From contig JALVPN010000217.1 of the NCBI GenBank assembly GCA_027031765.1, positions 1-32,000 on the forward strand: a DNA stretch of 32,000 nt, written 5' to 3'. Shown here piece by piece: positions 17,890 through 26,192 of the stretch. Both the position numbers and the translations under genes were made by a program. The stretch comes from Promethearchaeota archaeon (lineage in GTDB: Archaea; Asgardarchaeota; Thorarchaeia; Thorarchaeales; Thorarchaeaceae). Position 1 is the first letter of the stretch, and each line of letters starts with the position of its first letter. The notes beneath the pieces are model-generated. The model ran no database searches. It saw only the letters and a program-made list of their open reading frames with translations, and had not been told where the DNA came from.

Positions 17890-18761
17890 CACATCCATGC
17901 GACACCGATAATCTCGGACACTGAACTGAAGCCCTCCTCTTGGAGATATGCGTACACACCCTGTTTGACCCGCTGGAAGATTTCGAGGCCCGTCAATACA
18001 GCCGTACCAATCTCAATCGCACTGGCACCTGCCAGGTGCATCTCGACGGCGTCCTGCCAGCATGAAACACCACCAACACCCACAATGGGTATTGAGAGAG
18101 CACCATACAGGTCGTACACACACCGCAGGGCGACCGGGAACAGTGGTGGGCCCGAGAGACCACCCACCTTATTGCCGAGCACGGGACGCCTCTGATAGAT
18201 GTCAATCTTCATAGCCCGCAGTGTATTTGCTGCGACCACAGCGTCGGCCCCGGCCTCTTCGGCTGCACGGCCGACCGCGACCGGGTCGCTTGCATTGGGG
18301 GTTATCTTGACCAGAAGGGGGGACTTGACGACATCCCGCACCCGGCTGACATAGGTGTGTGTCAGATCCGGGCTGTGAGCAATCTGGCTTATCTCAGCAT
18401 GGGGACAGGAGAGGTTCAACTCAATCCCATCAGGGCCGTACTCAACCGCATGCACTGCGACCTCTTCAATCTCGTCGGCTGTCCGGCCAAATATACTGAG
18501 GACTACGGGCACCGGAGCATCAGCAAGGGCCCGCATCTCCTCTGAAAAGGCAACAATCCCGGGGTTTGAGAGACCGACAGCGTTTATCAGGCCACCGTGG
18601 GAGGTGGTGAGGATGGGGCCGGGATGCCCTGCGCGAGGTTCGAGACCAATAGACTTTGTGACCACTGCGTCTGCACCAGCATCAATCACCCTCCGGAGGG
18701 TGGAGCCAGCAAGACCGAGGATGCCAGAAGCCAGCCAGTAGCCTTCAATCCTGAGTGTCAT
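17889..18761 (-). CDS. pyrD: Dihydroorotate dehydrogenase family 1B catalytic subunit
   Basis: LASGILG, VTKS, NAVGLSNPG, ELNLSCPH, VKITPN, ANTL, GGLSGP, EIGTA. Confidence 0.96.
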   Translation of the reverse strand: MTLRIEGYWLASGILGLAGSTLRRVIDAGADAVVTKSIGLEPRAGHPGPILTTSHGGLINAVGLSNPGIVAFSEEMRALADAPVPVVLSIFGRTADEIEEVAVHAVEYGPDGIELNLSCPHAEISQIAHSPDLTHTYVSRVRDVVKSPLLVKITPNASDPVAVGRAAEEAGADAVVAANTLRAMKIDIYQRRPVLGNKVGGLSGPPLFPVALRCVYDLYGALSIPIVGVGGVSCWQDAVEMHLAGASAIEIGTAVLTGLEIFQRVKQGVYAYLQEEGFSSVSEIIGVAWM

Positions 18762-18862
18762 TGCCAAGGCGGGTTTCCTGACGGCACCAAATAAGGAGTG
18801 TCATAGGGTTGACAGTCACATTTATCCGCTGGGCAGGCCAACTGGAGCCGTTGGTGACCTCC

Positions 18863-20122
18863 ATGGGACTGTACCTCACCCCGACCACCCTGGGCCTCTT
18901 CATAGTCGACGAACAGGGTGAGGTAGTGAGTGGTCAGACATTCTATCCGGACGTACAACAGGCAGTGTCGGTGCTGGTGGCCCTGTGGGAGGGACGGAGT
19001 GACGAGCTCGTACCGTTGTTGGCACCAGTGCTGGCAAATGTGACTACTCAGGACCTGGCCACGGGCGACACCGCATTGGCAAGGGTCGTGTCAGAGATCC
19101 TGGGTGTGGCCGTCCAGGCAGTGAGTGGGGGCTGTGATGCAATCAAGAGGTTCCGGGCTCGGATTGACGATGTGGCAGAACAACATGGGGATGTGCCCAG
19201 TGCTGATGAGAGCCGACGGTTCAGAAGACGGGTCGCACTGACAATTGCGAGGAATGCCGTAATACGCTCAACACAAGAACGCGACACACTGGTCAGGATA
19301 GCTATTGATGCGATTGACGAGCTTGACAGAACCATCAACACGGTCGCAATGCGGCTCCGGGAGTGGTATTCGATACATCACCCCACGCTGAGTAAGATAG
19401 TTACTGATCACGAGAAGTACGCACGGGTCATTGAGGGCACTCATGCCAGAGGCGCGGTCGACATAGGAACACTGATGGGACTTGGGCTCTCCGGACACGA
19501 GGCGACACAGGTGGTGGAGGAACTTGAATGGGATCTCGGGGTGGAGCTCCGTGAGGACGACATCAGTCCAATCAGACGCCTAGCACGGCAGCTACTAGAG
19601 ATGTACACGACACGGAGAGGACTCGAAGAATATGTGGGCCGGTTGATGCAGGAGGTGGCACCAAACATCACCGCGCTTGTAGGGCCACTTGTGGGCGCGA
19701 GGCTCATTAGTATTGCCGGCTCCTTGAGAGCACTTGCGCAGAAGCCGTCCAGCACAGTCCAGGTATACGGTGCAGAGAAGGCCCTCTTCAGGAGCCTGAG
19801 GACGGGGTCTGCACCACCAAAGCACGGCATCATATATCAGGCCGCAGAAGTACATGCAGCACCATACTGGCGACGCGGGAAGGTCGCACGGGCACTGGCT
19901 GGAAAGCTTGCCATAGCAGCCAAGGTGGACGCATTCTCGGGTAGGGACATGGGCGCAGAGATTAGAGGGGCATTTGAGAGACGTCTGGAGGAGATCATGA
20001 GGACGACACCGGAGGAGCCGCCACCAAGAAAGGTGGAGCAGCACCGGAAGCGTCCGAAGCCGGCCAGACGCCGCGGGAGGAGGAAGGGGACAAAGAGGAA
20101 GACACGGGGAGGAAGACGATGA
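18863..20122 (+). CDS. nop5: C/D box RNP protein Nop5 (Nop56/58)
   Basis: LREWYSIHHP, APNITALVGPLVGARLI, STVQVYGAEKALFR, PKHGIIYQ, RGKVARALAGKLAIAAKVD; basic tail. ATG 18863 behind GGTGA. Confidence 0.96.
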   Translation: MGLYLTPTTLGLFIVDEQGEVVSGQTFYPDVQQAVSVLVALWEGRSDELVPLLAPVLANVTTQDLATGDTALARVVSEILGVAVQAVSGGCDAIKRFRARIDDVAEQHGDVPSADESRRFRRRVALTIARNAVIRSTQERDTLVRIAIDAIDELDRTINTVAMRLREWYSIHHPTLSKIVTDHEKYARVIEGTHARGAVDIGTLMGLGLSGHEATQVVEELEWDLGVELREDDISPIRRLARQLLEMYTTRRGLEEYVGRLMQEVAPNITALVGPLVGARLISIAGSLRALAQKPSSTVQVYGAEKALFRSLRTGSAPPKHGIIYQAAEVHAAPYWRRGKVARALAGKLAIAAKVDAFSGRDMGAEIRGAFERRLEEIMRTTPEEPPPRKVEQHRKRPKPARRRGRRKGTKRKTRGGRR

Positions 20123-20817
20123 TGGAGGTGAAGCCGCACAGACACCCGGGCGTGTTTGTTGTCCATGTGGGTGGACGAGTGTCACTCGCCACACGCTCCA
20201 TGGTAAAGGGCCAGTCGGTATATGGAGAGAAGACCGTGCAGTTCGACGACGATGAGTACCGGATATGGGCGCCGCGAAAGTCCAAACTTGCGGCTGCGCT
20301 CCACAAGGGCTTGGAGAGGATGCCCATACGTGAGGGGGTCAACGTCCTGTATCTTGGTGCGGCGTCTGGGACGACTGTGAGCCATGTGTCGGACATAGTG
20401 GGGGCTACCGGGACGGTATATGCGGTGGAGTTCTCAGCGAGGATTGCAAGAGAACTTGTACAGCTTGCAAGGACAAGAGACAACATAGTCCCTATAGTTG
20501 CAGATGCCAGGCATCCTGTCCGTTATGCGCCCATTGTGAGCGATAACATAGAGGTCGTATACCAAGACGTTGCACAGCCAGACCAGGCCTCAATCCTGAA
20601 CGACAACATGCAGGAGTTCTGTTGTGAGGGTGCCTACGGCATGATAGCAATCAAGGCACGCAGCATCGACTCGGTCATAGACTCTCGACATGTCTTCGAC
20701 CGCGAGGTGGGGGCGCTCAGAGGATACGGCTTGAATGTCATAGAAACCATCAACCTGCACCCCTTGGAGAAAGACCATCTGTTTGCAGTCGTGCGCATTG
20801 GAGAGGAAAATGGATGA
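20119..20817 (+). CDS. flpA: Fibrillarin-like rRNA/tRNA 2'-O-methyltransferase
   Basis: GQSVYGEK, WAPRKSKLAA, VLYLGAASGTTVSHVSD, AVEFS, DVAQPDQA, IKARSID. Confidence 0.97.
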   Translation: MMEVKPHRHPGVFVVHVGGRVSLATRSMVKGQSVYGEKTVQFDDDEYRIWAPRKSKLAAALHKGLERMPIREGVNVLYLGAASGTTVSHVSDIVGATGTVYAVEFSARIARELVQLARTRDNIVPIVADARHPVRYAPIVSDNIEVVYQDVAQPDQASILNDNMQEFCCEGAYGMIAIKARSIDSVIDSRHVFDREVGALRGYGLNVIETINLHPLEKDHLFAVVRIGEENG

Positions 20818-21284
20818 GCTCCTTCTTTGAGCGGATGTTGAAACATGAGATTGACACCGCGAACGACCACCTGCCCCGTGTGAGAGTCCCCCTAGACAAG
20901 CTCCTCAGAGAGGAACACCCATGCTTCATGACACGCGGTGGTGAGCCCTCTTTCTTCCGGAGGGAGGAGCTGGAACTGCTCAGGGGGCTCGTGCCAGAGA
21001 GGTACCGACAACAGATCAGTCTCCCCATAGTGATAATGCGGCGACCAGACCTAGGAGCAGGACTGTACACTATAGCAGGGAGTCGGCCAGAGCTCTTCCT
21101 CATCAATAGAGTTGCGTCTGGAGCACTGCAGCTTGACTGGCGAGAACCGCGCACATGGAGAATACGGGAAACACTTGCACGTCCCGAAGTACAGGTGGTA
21201 CGTAGGAAACTGCCGTCTACAACATGTGTTGGGATTGCGGTCTCGTCCCATGCTCACGCTGGAAACACAAATGGGTCACATTAG
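20814..21284 (+). CDS. DUF61 family protein
   Basis: NDHLP.....L..LL.E..P.F.TR.GE...F.REELE pattern; position directly after fibrillarin. Confidence 0.75.
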   Translation: MSSFFERMLKHEIDTANDHLPRVRVPLDKLLREEHPCFMTRGGEPSFFRREELELLRGLVPERYRQQISLPIVIMRRPDLGAGLYTIAGSRPELFLINRVASGALQLDWREPRTWRIRETLARPEVQVVRRKLPSTTCVGIAVSSHAHAGNTNGSH

Positions 21285-21331
21285 CAATCCTGAAAAGGGT
21301 TGGTTGTGGGACTCATATCTTGGGCGCTACA

Positions 21332-22297
21332 ATGACACAAGCTCGGAGCCAGCTCATTCAGGAGGTCATAAAGACCCTAGAGGACGCTGGGTTCGACCTA
21401 TCATCACAGTGCGATGTCAGGCCGACGTGCTTTGACCTTGTGGCCAGACGTGGCGACCGGCTCGTCCTGATAAAGGTACTTGCAAACATCGATGCCCTTA
21501 CCGAAAAAGATGCGATTGCACTCCAAGTGGTGGCGCATTTCTTCAATGCCACACCACTCGTCGTGGGCCAGAAGACGCGCCGGGGCGAGCTGGACACAGG
21601 GGTCGTATACAAGAGGTACGGCGTGTCAACAATCACGCCGCCCACCCTACGTGGACTCATTGCTGAGGAGCAGATGCCAAGAGAGTTCATCCAGAGGGGG
21701 GGGCGGTTCGTGGCCATAGATGGGGCGCGCCTGCGGGAGGTCAGGGTCACACACGGGATGACAAAGAAGGAGCTGGCAAGGTGTGTGCAGGTGTCCACAA
21801 GGGCAATCCTTGCGTATGAAAAGGAAGAGATGGACATGAGCAAGGAGGTTGCTGAACGTCTTGAGCGCGTCCTAGAAACAGACCTGATAATCCCGATTGA
21901 CCTCTGGAGCGAGGCCACCACAGAGAAGGCTGCGCTCACTCAGCTGGAGAGGCCGGGTGAGATACCAGACCTTGAAAGACGTGTGAACAACTTCTTTGCG
22001 AAACTCGGGATGACCGTATTGTGGACGGACCGGGCGCCGTTTCATGTCGCGGCAAAGGAGCAAGGCCCTCCCCTGATGACCGGCATTGGTTCAATAAGGA
22101 GCAGGGCCCTCCACAAGAGGGTCGAGGTTCTCAAGAGCGTTTCAGAGGTGACCGACCTAGACTCTCTGGTTATAGTCCGTGAGGGACGTGCTGATGAGAA
22201 CATCTCGGAAGTGCCGGTAATCAGACAGCTCGAACTGGACGAGATTGAGAAGCCACGTGAGCTGAAGAAGATAATTGAAGAGCGCTCCCAGAACTAG
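21332..22297 (+). CDS. Archaeal HTH transcriptional regulator (COG1395-like, PD-(D/E)xK-like fold plus XRE HTH)
   Basis: CFDLVARR...LIKVLANID, LREVR...GMTKKELARCVQVSTRAILAYEK, DRAPFH. ATG 21332 preferred over 21224. Confidence 0.87.
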   Translation: MTQARSQLIQEVIKTLEDAGFDLSSQCDVRPTCFDLVARRGDRLVLIKVLANIDALTEKDAIALQVVAHFFNATPLVVGQKTRRGELDTGVVYKRYGVSTITPPTLRGLIAEEQMPREFIQRGGRFVAIDGARLREVRVTHGMTKKELARCVQVSTRAILAYEKEEMDMSKEVAERLERVLETDLIIPIDLWSEATTEKAALTQLERPGEIPDLERRVNNFFAKLGMTVLWTDRAPFHVAAKEQGPPLMTGIGSIRSRALHKRVEVLKSVSEVTDLDSLVIVREGRADENISEVPVIRQLELDEIEKPRELKKIIEERSQN

Positions 22298-22980
22298 ACG
22301 AGGCGGCCCTGTTCAAGTTCGTCGAGGACTCGTTGGACAGAAGCCCAGCTCCGTCGTACGATTGGTGGTAGGTCGCGACCCTCAGAGAGCACTGCACGGA
22401 TGAACTCGACTGACTTGGGGTCAGCCGGGTATCCTGAGCCGAAGTCGCCGTACTCTTCGTGCAACACTTTTATGAGCCGGTCACGTTCGACCTTGGCCAC
22501 GATAGAGGCCGCAGCAACGATAGCGTACTTCGAGTCAGCCTTGTGTTCTGCGATGAACGAGCAGGCCGTATCACCCAGGCCCGAGGCCTGCCTAACGCGG
22601 TCGCGGAACCTAGCCGCATCGACATCAGCCGCATCCATGTAGACGACCTTGGGGCGGAGCGAACGCACGACCTCTGCAAACGCCATTACTTCGAGTTCGT
22701 TCAGGTTTGTCCCATGGACCTTTGCCTCGTCAATCCTACTTGCAGAGATTACCTTGACCACAACCCGATCCGCAACGGATTTGATGAGGGGGGCAAGTGA
22801 TGACCGTCGACTGGGCGTCATTGTCTTCGAGTCGCGGACACCCATGGAGGAGAGTCGTCCGACAGAGGTCGGGGCAAGTAGGACGCCACATACTACCATT
22901 GGCCCAATCATCGGGCCACGACCGGCCTCGTCAATTCCTGCGACACCATATAGAGGGCGGGGCTTGGTTGTGCCATTCAT
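22294..22980 (-). CDS. rnhB: Ribonuclease HII
   Basis: GIDEAGRGPMIGPMVV, GVRDSK, YMDAAD, EHKAD, VAAASIVAKVERD, GSGYPADP. Confidence 0.97.
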   Translation of the reverse strand: MNGTTKPRPLYGVAGIDEAGRGPMIGPMVVCGVLLAPTSVGRLSSMGVRDSKTMTPSRRSSLAPLIKSVADRVVVKVISASRIDEAKVHGTNLNELEVMAFAEVVRSLRPKVVYMDAADVDAARFRDRVRQASGLGDTACSFIAEHKADSKYAIVAAASIVAKVERDRLIKVLHEEYGDFGSGYPADPKSVEFIRAVLSEGRDLPPIVRRSWASVQRVLDELEQGRLV

Positions 22981-23055
22981 GACTGTGTCCACACACTGCG
23001 AGTATATACCAGTTTACATCACGTCGTCATGGGACAACAAGAAACAGGAGGGGAG

Positions 23056-23219
23056 TGGTGGGGACGGGGAGATACGTCCCGTCGGCGGAACACGCCAGAC
23101 GTTTGAACTCCCGACCGACGAGTGTCTTCGTAGGCGACTTCCAGGATGACCCACGCCTTCGAACACGCAGAGTGTTCAGATCTGGAGCCCGTCGCCATAC
23201 CGGACTAGGCCACGTCCCC
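23056..23219 (-). tRNA. tRNA-Trp(CCA) with two introns: 58 nt at 37/38 (23124-23181) and 29 nt at 58/59 (23074-23102)
   Basis: GGGGACG TG GCCT AGTCCGGTA TGGC G ACGGG CTCCAG [58 nt] A CTCGT CGGTC GGGAG TTCAA [29 nt] AT CTCCC CGTCCCC ACCA. All four stems pair after both introns are removed (77-nt mature tRNA). Confidence 0.92.
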
Positions 23220-23345
23220 ACTGGGTCATTGGTTCAGCTCCATGAACCCGATAAGAATGTTTCGACTCACCGACGACTGGCTGCTACTATCGAAAGTGCC
23301 TTTGGTAACAGGACGCATGATATGGTGCTGGACGGAGGTCTCGAC

Positions 23346-24325
23346 ATGACGGGACGCAGGGGGGTCGTGGTCGTGCTTGCGCTCTTTGTACTGAACGTAT
23401 TGGTCATATCCACGGCCGCTCGTACCACAGGCCCTGATGGGCGGGCAGGCGTATCACCGGCCCTACAGTATCAGGAGTGGACGAGTTTGTCTATCATGTG
23501 GTCTTTTGTTTCTCAGATGGCACAGAAGCGTTCAGAGTCCGTGCCAGAGTGAACATTGTATATGTGCACCAGAACCGTCACCCGACCATCAGTGCCCACT
23601 ATGTGTCCGTCTTGCTGGGAGTGTACTATGCACACACCCCGCTGGGGCGCCCGGTGCTGAGAGGCGTGGACTGTGAGGAGCTGTCGTTCTATCCGGTCTG
23701 GCTGGACTCGGCGGGGTACATGCATGACACAGCAGATGAGGAGGTGGTGTCCGTCAACGGGAGCATCCCAGATGGGGAGATGTTCGTTGGGACGGCACTG
23801 GTCGACCCCTTTGCAGTGTCGAACATTGTGATAATGATTGGTGGGGCCTTTGTGTTTAGAGGGCTCACACTCGTCCTGGCTGATGGGACGTCAGTCAGGG
23901 TCACCGACGGGAGGATTGTCGTGTCCGTGGAGAAGTGGTTCAATGACGACCGGCCCCTTGCCGGCAACCTCTCCGGCGTTGACCTAGAATATTCATCCGA
24001 TAGCAGACAGCTCACCGTGGCCCTCAAGGTGGCAGCACCGGCACTTACAGTTGTGGACTCGGTCATTGCGGCAGGGGGACTATTGGGCGTAGTAGTCATC
24101 ATACTCACGTTGATACTCTATAGGCGCGGGCACATCGAGCACCTGCCGTTGATACCGTGGCACAGATCACAGACGTGTCAGCCCACGACGACGACAGGCA
24201 GTACGGAGCAGACGAAGTGCCAAGAGCCGTCGCCGACGCACCTAGAGCAACCTTTAAAACTCCATGGAGATGTGAGAGGACTTGATGGCGGCCATAGGCG
24301 TCGGGGTTCACCTGATCTCTGCTGA
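23346..24325 (+). pseudogene. Frameshifted exported, membrane-anchored hypothetical protein
   Basis: GGAGGT RBS, ATG 23346 and signal peptide (MTGRRGVVVVLALFVLNVLVISTAA) are in a different frame from the body (frame open 23438-24325, C-terminal TM VIAAGGLLGVVVIILTLILYRR). Could be an assembly indel. Confidence 0.55.
24253..24259 (+). promoter_or_regulatory. TATA box of the 5S rRNA gene
   Basis: TTTAAAA starting about 33 nt upstream of helix I. Confidence 0.65.
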
Positions 24326-24399
24326 ACTCAGAAGTTAAGCCCGATGCCGTCAGGGAAAATGTGCGGTGCGCGAGCCCGTGACAAGTCCCTGAGCTGCCA
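24286..24399 (+). rRNA. rrf: 5S rRNA (stand-alone)
   Basis: Helix I TGGCGGC/GCTGCCA, helix II GGCGTCGGG/CCCGATGCC, GAAC loop C, conserved AGAAGTTAAGC, TCAGGGA/TCCCTGA and the archaeal TGCGCGAGCC loop; pyrimidine tract follows. Ends uncertain by a few nt. Confidence 0.93.
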
Positions 24400-24688
24400 C
24401 ATCCTCCCTTCTCTTTCTGTCGTTCTCCATCCTTTCTTTCGGACTCTTGGCTGTGAAGGCCCAGCACTGCGCTGTCGCTCACATGTTGTAGTCCACGACT
24501 GTACTGAGGAGAGGACAGGCGGGTGATTCGAAACGGGACACTCAGAAGTACACTGTACATCGGAGAGGCAATGACATACGACTAGCTGCGGACAGTAGTG
24601 GCAGGACACCCGCAACACGCCCGTACCACTATGCCTACCACCGAAGATACCTGTCACAAGCCTTAAAGGACAACCAGAGTTTTCGCCA

Positions 24689-25816
24689 GTGATGCTCATG
24701 CAAATACCAGAAGGCACGGAGCTCAACCAGATAATTAACCTAGCATTCTTTGTATTCATAGTACTGATGAGCCTCTATGGCCAGAGAATCCAGATGTGGC
24801 AATGGTTGAAGCAGATAGAGGGTGGGCTCGCAGAGCTCAAGAGGATGAGGGAGGAGTCCAGGAGCACCAGTATTGAGACCTTTGAGCGGTATGGACGCCC
24901 ACATGAGGAGGTCGAGTCTGATATCGACCGCTGGCTGGACTTCTTCACAATCATGCCTGTAGACCTAGACCCTGCAGGAGTACTGCAGCGACTTGAGCAC
25001 CTATTGAATGAGCGTCGCGATAGGTTCGGGGAGTTCATAGCAGAGCTTGCGCCCGATGCCCAAGAGGCCGAACGTCAGAACTTGGAGAACGTCCTTGAGG
25101 TGACCCAGGTACTTGACCTGATATATCGGATAGTACGGCACTTCTATATACTGGGAAAGCGCACTGGGAGCACCCTCATAATAATGCAGGTACATATGCA
25201 GATGCCGGAGCTCCTGCGGATTGCAAAGGCATACTATGACGCGCAGGAGGCATTTGCAGACGGGAAGCCGATTGGCGATGGAGTCGGGCCACTTGTGGTA
25301 ACAAGACTCGCACACGAATACGGAGCAACCGCGGAATCGTATGTACATGATGTTGCTCGAGAAGTCGGGTACTATGAGGTGAAGGTCGAAGGGAGGATTG
25401 TCTATGCACTCCGTGCCACAGGGCCTGGCGGGACTGTTGGCAAGCCCGGTTTTGCAGTGAAGAGGATTATCGAGGACAACAATGGCAAGATAGCACGGAT
25501 AATCACCGTCGATGCGGCCCTGAAGCTTGAGGGAGAAGACTTGGGGAGGATATCGGAGGGGATTGGTGCAGCAATCGGCGACCCTGGTCCCGAGAAGCAC
25601 GCCATCGAAGAAACAGCAACACAGCACAATGTACCACTGGAAGCAATTGTGGTCAAGCAGGACGAGGCGGCCGCGATTGGCGTCATGGACAAGAAGGTCG
25701 TGGATGTGATTCCGGAGGTGATTGAGAGAATCAAGGCCGCTATCAGGAAGAGAACGGAGCCTGGCGACAGGGTGATACTTGCTGGCATCGGGAACACAAT
25801 AGGTATCGGACTCTAG
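24689..25816 (+). CDS. DUF1512 family membrane-anchored protein
   Basis: N-terminal TM, QRIQMW, PVDLDPAG...RLEHLL, PIGDGVGPLV, ITVDAALKLEGE, GAAIGD.GPEK..IE, GIGNTIGI. Confidence 0.85.
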   Translation: MMLMQIPEGTELNQIINLAFFVFIVLMSLYGQRIQMWQWLKQIEGGLAELKRMREESRSTSIETFERYGRPHEEVESDIDRWLDFFTIMPVDLDPAGVLQRLEHLLNERRDRFGEFIAELAPDAQEAERQNLENVLEVTQVLDLIYRIVRHFYILGKRTGSTLIIMQVHMQMPELLRIAKAYYDAQEAFADGKPIGDGVGPLVVTRLAHEYGATAESYVHDVAREVGYYEVKVEGRIVYALRATGPGGTVGKPGFAVKRIIEDNNGKIARIITVDAALKLEGEDLGRISEGIGAAIGDPGPEKHAIEETATQHNVPLEAIVVKQDEAAAIGVMDKKVVDVIPEVIERIKAAIRKRTEPGDRVILAGIGNTIGIGL

Positions 25817-25817
25817 G

Positions 25818-26192
25818 ATGGTGTACATGATGGGGATTGCATCAAAGTTTGTTGGCCTTCTGCTATCAGGAGCAGGGGCAGTCATACTCACCTACGGGAT
25901 GAGCAAAGAAGGAGACTGGATGCTTTACGTAGTGGGACTATTCGTCATGTCGCTGGGCCTGAGCCTGCTGACCGCCCGGCGTCAGCCCACAGAAATCCAT
26001 CCACCGCCCCCCACCGTGACGGAGATACACTGCGACAACTCCGAATGCGACTTCAGAGAGATCAGAGACTTTCAGAGGGGCGACTATGTGCTCAAGAAAC
26101 TCCCCGCAAAGTGCCCACGGTGTGGCAGGCCGCTCACAATCCACGCGATATATGTGACGAGAGAGCAGGCACCATCGACAGCTGCGAGTTAG
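25818..26192 (+). CDS. Small membrane protein with C-terminal zinc-ribbon
   Basis: Two TM helices, then CDNSEC...RDFQRGDYV...CPRCG..LTIHAIY; starts 1 nt after the DUF1512 stop. Confidence 0.8.
   Translation: MVYMMGIASKFVGLLLSGAGAVILTYGMSKEGDWMLYVVGLFVMSLGLSLLTARRQPTEIHPPPPTVTEIHCDNSECDFREIRDFQRGDYVLKKLPAKCPRCGRPLTIHAIYVTREQAPSTAAS

Noticed and set aside
23124-23181. Box C/D guide RNA within the tRNA-Trp intron (as in haloarchaea and Thermococcales)
   Set aside because: No RUGAUGA box C. The only CUGA is at the very 5' end, and the anticodon-complementary stretch CUGGA is only 5 nt and not followed by a D box at the +5 spacing.
23055-23345. 5' part of the 165-aa ORF 23055..23552 and ORF 23027..23221
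   Set aside because: They overlap the tRNA-Trp gene. Only the part from ATG 23346 has an RBS and a signal peptide.
1094-23420. Twin-arginine (Tat) export of the three exported proteins (MRRAVL, SRRALV, GRRGVV)
   Set aside because: RR is present but the S/T-R-R-x-F-L-K consensus is not met; ordinary Sec signal n-regions are equally likely.
3046-26192. Overlapping 3' ends of convergent genes (3046-3070, 15644-15657, 22294-22297, 26189-26192)
   Set aside because: Common in compact archaeal genomes; no evidence of a special function.
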